Of a stretch of 10,761 nt of DNA, positions 7,736 through 10,761 are shown in pieces. Every line of letters begins with the position of its first letter. Position 1 is the stretch's first letter. The stretch covers positions 1 through 10,761 of the forward strand of contig JBDGRK010000029.1 in NCBI GenBank assembly GCA_042218075.1, in the 5' to 3' direction. This stretch comes from Candidatus Nanohaloarchaea archaeon. GTDB lineage: Archaea; Nanohalarchaeota; Nanosalinia; Nanosalinales; Nanosalinaceae. A model generated the notes under the pieces. It had not been told where the DNA came from. It saw only the letters and a program-made list of their open reading frames with translations, and did no database searches. The position numbers and the translations under genes are program-made.

Positions 7736-8341
7736 ATGGATTTCTCAGAGCTGGTTGAATCCCGGCAGTCTTTCCACAGCTTCAGTGAGGAAGAGATCGG
7801 CGAGGAAGAGTTGAGGGAAATTTTTGAAGAGGTGAGGAGGAGTCCCACGGCGTGGAACCTCCAGCCCTACGAATTTCTGGTTCTAGACTCTGAGGAAAAG
7901 AAGGAGGATGCCTACAAGTCAAGCAACGACCAGGAGTTCCTTCTTGATGCGGACAAGATCGTGGTTGTGATGGGTGATGAGAGGATCGATACTCACGCTG
8001 AGCAGGCCTTCTCGGACGCAGTTGAGAAAGGCTACATGACTCAGGGGGAGGCTGAAGAATTCAGGCAAGCTGTATCAACTTACAGCGAGAGAGGCGAAGA
8101 TTTTGTGTCTGCCTTCCTGAACAAGCAGTGCTCCTTTGCCTGCTGCTTCCTGATGCTGGCGGCCTGGAACCGCGGAATAGGGTCCTGCCCGGTCGCAGGC
8201 TTCGATGCGGAGGAGCTATCGGGAAGGCTTGATCTCGATGAACACCTGAGAACCATGCTGATGCTGCCTCTGGGATACCCTGAGGAGGATAGAGAGAAAA
8301 AATGGCGCAGGAAAGCTGGAGATTTCTACAGTATAGTCTGA
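7736..8341 (+). CDS. Nitroreductase-family FMN-dependent oxidoreductase
   Basis: MDFSELVESRQSFHSF...RRSPTAWNLQPYEFLV...LMLAAWNRGIGSCPVAGFD...LPLGYP. ATG 7736 is preferred to 7700 because the latter overlaps the promoter element. Confidence 0.93.
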   Translation: MDFSELVESRQSFHSFSEEEIGEEELREIFEEVRRSPTAWNLQPYEFLVLDSEEKKEDAYKSSNDQEFLLDADKIVVVMGDERIDTHAEQAFSDAVEKGYMTQGEAEEFRQAVSTYSERGEDFVSAFLNKQCSFACCFLMLAAWNRGIGSCPVAGFDAEELSGRLDLDEHLRTMLMLPLGYPEEDREKKWRRKAGDFYSIV

Positions 8342-8420
8342 TACCCTGAGCAAATAATTTTTTCCGGGCGGGGAAAAGGTGTAATAGTAAAACCGATAAT
8401 ATTCAAACAATGAATAGCCC

Positions 8421-8714
8421 ATGCAGAATTTCGAGAAGATGCTCTGGTGGCTTATCGGCGGCACCAGGGGAGGAGAAAACCGCCTGAGAATAATCAGGAA
8501 GCTTGAGGAGAAGCCCATGAATACCAATAAACTGGCAGAAGAACTTGACCTGGACTACAAGACTGTGGAGCATCACCTCGACCTGATGCAGGAGCATAAC
8601 GTGATAACCTCGATGGGAGAAGGTTACGGCAAGAATTTCTTCCTGACAGAGCAGATGGAAGAAAATAAAGAAAAGCTGGACCAAATACAGGATGAGGCAG
8701 GTGTGGAAGTATGA
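8421..8714 (+). CDS. ArsR-like winged-helix transcription regulator (archaeal 'LWWLIGGTRGG' type)
   Basis: LWWLIGGTRGGENRLRII...PMNTNKLAEELDLDYKTVEHHLDLM...GEGYGKNFFL. Confidence 0.9.
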   Translation: MQNFEKMLWWLIGGTRGGENRLRIIRKLEEKPMNTNKLAEELDLDYKTVEHHLDLMQEHNVITSMGEGYGKNFFLTEQMEENKEKLDQIQDEAGVEV

Positions 8715-9100
8715 AACCGAGGCATGAAATGGCGGGTGTAGCAGGATTCGCATTTATCACAGGTCTATTGGCCGCGTACCTGAGTCAACAGGCTCTTTTT
8801 GCACCCGAACAGTACGTTGAAACTGCTATCGCTGTTAAAGTGTTCTTTTCATCGGCAAACGCCATACTCCTGGCAGGACTCGTGCTGAACTACGCCCAGA
8901 TCTACAGGAAAATGCCGACCTCGACTTCCAGGATCTTTCTCATATTCAGCTCGGCGCTGATGTTCTACGCGATCTCATCCAACCCTATCGTTCACCTCCT
9001 GTTCGGCTACGAGTTCATACCTCTAGGACCTTTCACCTACATTCCCGACCTGTTCGTGACTGCGGCAACAGGAGCGATACTGTACGAGAGCTACCGGTAG
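8711..9100 (+). CDS. 4-TM membrane protein coupled to the wHTH regulator
   Basis: ATGA overlap; four hydrophobic segments, including ANAILLAGLVLNYAQIYRK...IFLIFSSALMFYAISSNP. Confidence 0.82.
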   Translation: MKPRHEMAGVAGFAFITGLLAAYLSQQALFAPEQYVETAIAVKVFFSSANAILLAGLVLNYAQIYRKMPTSTSRIFLIFSSALMFYAISSNPIVHLLFGYEFIPLGPFTYIPDLFVTAATGAILYESYR

Positions 9101-9112
9101 AAGAATAACTTT

Positions 9113-9177
9113 TTTGGGCTAATTTGGGCCTGATTTGGGTCTGGATTGGAACCAAGTTCGGAATACGGGTTTTAAAA
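9113..9177 (+). promoter_or_regulatory. Helically phased TTTGGG direct-repeat array followed by a TATA box
   Basis: TTTGGG at 9113, 9123 and 9134, ATTGGA at 9145, GTTCGG at 9156 (spacing 10, 11, 11, 11), then TTTTAAAA at 9170-9177. Confidence 0.65.
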
Positions 9178-9211
9178 CAGAACCGTATTTTCAGGATAAG
9201 GTGACTCGAGA

Positions 9212-9337
9212 ATGGAAAGAAGACTTGGTAAATGCATATTCTGCAACCAGAGAGTCAAAACCGACCAGACCTACCTCACAGTAGCGGAGGGATACGCACA
9301 CAGGAGCTGTCTCAGCAGAACAGGAATCATGGCCTGA
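9212..9337 (+). CDS. 41-aa putative zinc-finger microprotein (CxxC...HxxC)
   Basis: MERRLGKCIFCNQRVKTDQTYLTVAEGYAHRSCLSRTGIMA*. SD AAGGTGA at 9198-9204, TATA at 9170-9177, pyrimidine/T-rich tract downstream. Absent from the ORF track, whose shortest entry is 60 aa. Confidence 0.75.
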   Translation: MERRLGKCIFCNQRVKTDQTYLTVAEGYAHRSCLSRTGIMA

Positions 9338-9401
9338 AAACGGAGAGAAACTAATCGATACGGAGACTTTATCCTTCTATATTTTTAGGAACTGGAATTA
9401 G

Positions 9402-9463
9402 CGTCGGGGGCGTCATAAAAACCAGCGGTTAAAACACCTCGAAGCACTACACTTTATTACAGC
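9402..9463 (+). repeat. 62-bp direct repeat, copy 1
   Basis: 52/62 identical, ungapped, to 10062-10123; shares a perfect 21-bp core CGGGGGCGTCATAAAAACCAG (9405-9425). Confidence 0.92.
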
Positions 9464-9467
9464 CTAA

Positions 9468-9950
9468 TCAAAATTCGACCTCTCCTTCAAAATACAGGTC
9501 TACTTTCTTGCCACCAATATTGAATATTTCTACTCTATCTCCATTCGGAATTAATGCCAGTTGGAAGCGTGAAAAACTCTTCGGGACTTTTTCTCCTCCT
9601 TCACGCTTGGAAACTTGGGAATTATTAAACTTGTAATAGACTAAATCACCAACTACCTGACCTTCTTTATGACCCACATCTCTTCCAATTATATACATAT
9701 CGCCTTTTAAGGAGGGCATCGCACCGCCAATCATCATTTTCTTAGCTCCGCCAGGGCTCGCTATAATCTTGAAATCCTTCTGTGCTACCTCAAAATGGTC
9801 GCCGAGATGTAGGTCAACTCCGCCGTGTTTCTGTAATCTTTGAACTGCCTTTCCGACCTTCTCTTTATCGTGTTCTTGCTGTTTTTCAATCTGGGTAAGT
9901 GCATTCTCAATCGAACTGACAATATCTTTATTCGCAGAAACTCTCTTCAT
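9468..9950 (-). CDS. Hypothetical protein with a probable C-terminal FHA-like domain
   Basis: YIIGRD...SFSRFQLALIPNGDRVEIFNIGG resembles the FHA G-R / S-R-x-H(Q) / N-x-G pattern. Helical N-terminus. TTTAATTA promoter-like element about 25-30 bp upstream. Confidence 0.65.
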   Translation of the reverse strand: MKRVSANKDIVSSIENALTQIEKQQEHDKEKVGKAVQRLQKHGGVDLHLGDHFEVAQKDFKIIASPGGAKKMMIGGAMPSLKGDMYIIGRDVGHKEGQVVGDLVYYKFNNSQVSKREGGEKVPKSFSRFQLALIPNGDRVEIFNIGGKKVDLYFEGEVEF

Positions 9951-10000
9951 AAGCTCAACTACTATAAAGTCATTAATTAAAGTTGCCTAAACTACGGATT

Positions 10001-10060
10001 TTAACCCGCAGAACTTCTGCCGCCAGAAATCACGTTTCTCAAGCTCTGAGTTCGGGTTGA
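10001..10060. other. Cluster of short inverted repeats (possible structured RNA/ssDNA element)
   Basis: AACCCG (10003)/CGGGTT (10053) enclose GCAGA-ACT-TCTGC, AGAAA-TCACG-TTTCT and CTCA-AGCTC-TGAG; adjacent stems share 1-2 nt. Confidence 0.4.
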
Positions 10061-10061
10061 A

Positions 10062-10123
10062 CGCCGGGGGCGTCATAAAAACCAGAAGTTAAACCGCCTG
10101 GACGCATTACAGTTTGTTACAGC
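10062..10123 (+). repeat. 62-bp direct repeat, copy 2
   Basis: Exactly 660 bp downstream of copy 1, same orientation, 10 substitutions and no indels. Confidence 0.92.
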
Positions 10124-10164
10124 GACTCCTTTGATTTTAAATCGAGAAATTATAATTCTTACAT

Positions 10165-10761
10165 ATGAGCAACGAGTTCATCTTGCCCTCAGCCCTAAAT
10201 AAAGGAGATAAAGTTGCTGTTATGGCAACCTCAGCAGGAATCAAGGAGAGATTTCCAGCAGCGTTCGAAAAAGGAATAGAAAGATTGGAAGAAAGATTCG
10301 GTCTTGAACCTGTAATTTACGATACCGCAGAGAGGGATACCGAATATCTGAACGCTAACCCTAAAGAGAAAGCAGAAGAGTTTATGCAGGCTTTCGAAGA
10401 CCCAGAAATTAAAGGAGTGATACCAGTTTCAGGAGGCGACGAAGAACTCAGAGTTCTCAAGCACCTCGACCCTGAAAGACTGAAGAACAATCCTACAAGG
10501 TTCTATGGAATAAGCGATAATACAAATCTACACCTTTACTTATGGAATCTCGGTATTCAAACCTTCTACGCAGGACAGATAGTCCCAGACTTGATGAGCG
10601 GTGGAGAACTTGGAGAATACACTTACAATCATTTGGAAAGAGTATTTTTCGAGGATAGTTTAGGCACAGTTGAAGCATCAGACCGCTTTACAGATGAATT
10701 TGTGGACATCCAGACAGACGCACCTATCAACCCTGGCAACAGCGGAGGACCGCTCATCAAC
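10165..10761 (+). CDS. Peptidase S66 family (LD-carboxypeptidase/MccF-like), incomplete at the 3' end; the last 18 codons are HtrA-like
   Basis: Manual translation from ATG 10165: MSNEFILPSALNKGDKVAVMATSAG...AFEDPEIKGVIPVSGGDE...NPTRFYGISDNTNLHLYLW (catalytic Ser, G-x-S-D). TTTTAAA at 10135-10141. Open to the window end. Confidence 0.9.
   Translation, partial: MSNEFILPSALNKGDKVAVMATSAGIKERFPAAFEKGIERLEERFGLEPVIYDTAERDTEYLNANPKEKAEEFMQAFEDPEIKGVIPVSGGDEELRVLKHLDPERLKNNPTRFYGISDNTNLHLYLWNLGIQTFYAGQIVPDLMSGGELGEYTYNHLERVFFEDSLGTVEASDRFTDEFVDIQTDAPINPGNSGGPLIN

Noticed and set aside
8403-8760. Minus-strand ORFs over the wHTH gene (and 10493..10678 over S66)
   Set aside because: Antisense shadows of well-supported plus-strand genes.
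9388-9410. ORB-like sequence (ACTGGAA...GGGGG)
   Set aside because: It lacks the TTCCA...GAAAC dyad, is not shared by copy 2, and no orc1/cdc6 gene is in the window.
9408-9435. Resemblance to an Xer dif site (GGGCGTCATAA...GTTAAA)
   Set aside because: The left arm loosely resembles the E. coli XerC arm, but the inner TTAT of the right arm is missing and the spacing is off by one, so it is not called.
10066-10112. Fluoride-riboswitch-like pseudoknot on the - strand (CTG-TAATGCGTC-CAG...ATGACGC)
   Set aside because: P1 is only 3 bp, the pairing is broken in copy 1, and no fluoride-related gene follows.
9402-10123. The 62-bp repeats as CRISPR repeats or canonical integron attC sites
   Set aside because: Only two copies, too long for CRISPR and separated by a whole gene. 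There is no end-to-end palindrome with RYYYAAC...GTTRRRY ends.

Overview
An archaeal chromosomal window, inferred to be from a halophile (possibly Nanohaloarchaeota) because of acidic proteins, moderate GC, BRE-TATA promoters about 25-30 bp before apparently leaderless starts, and GGTGA Shine-Dalgarno sites. It opens with an HtrA/DegP protease (3' end cut off), two small membrane proteins and a long acidic coiled-coil protein. Next is a redox/stress block: ArsR regulator, rhodanese, OsmC-like, a three-gene PolB2 cassette (degenerate RadA-like, small partner, PolB2), a second OsmC-like paralogue and a nitroreductase. A wHTH regulator plus membrane protein follows, then a helically phased TTTGGG array in front of a 41-aa CxxC/HxxC microprotein missing from the ORF track. 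The AT-richer right end has two ~62-bp direct repeats bracketing a non-acidic FHA-like gene, then an S66 peptidase that switches in frame into an HtrA active-site motif at the window edge. No rRNA, tRNA, CRISPR array, transposase or integrase was seen. All family calls come from reading motifs by eye; no database searches were run.
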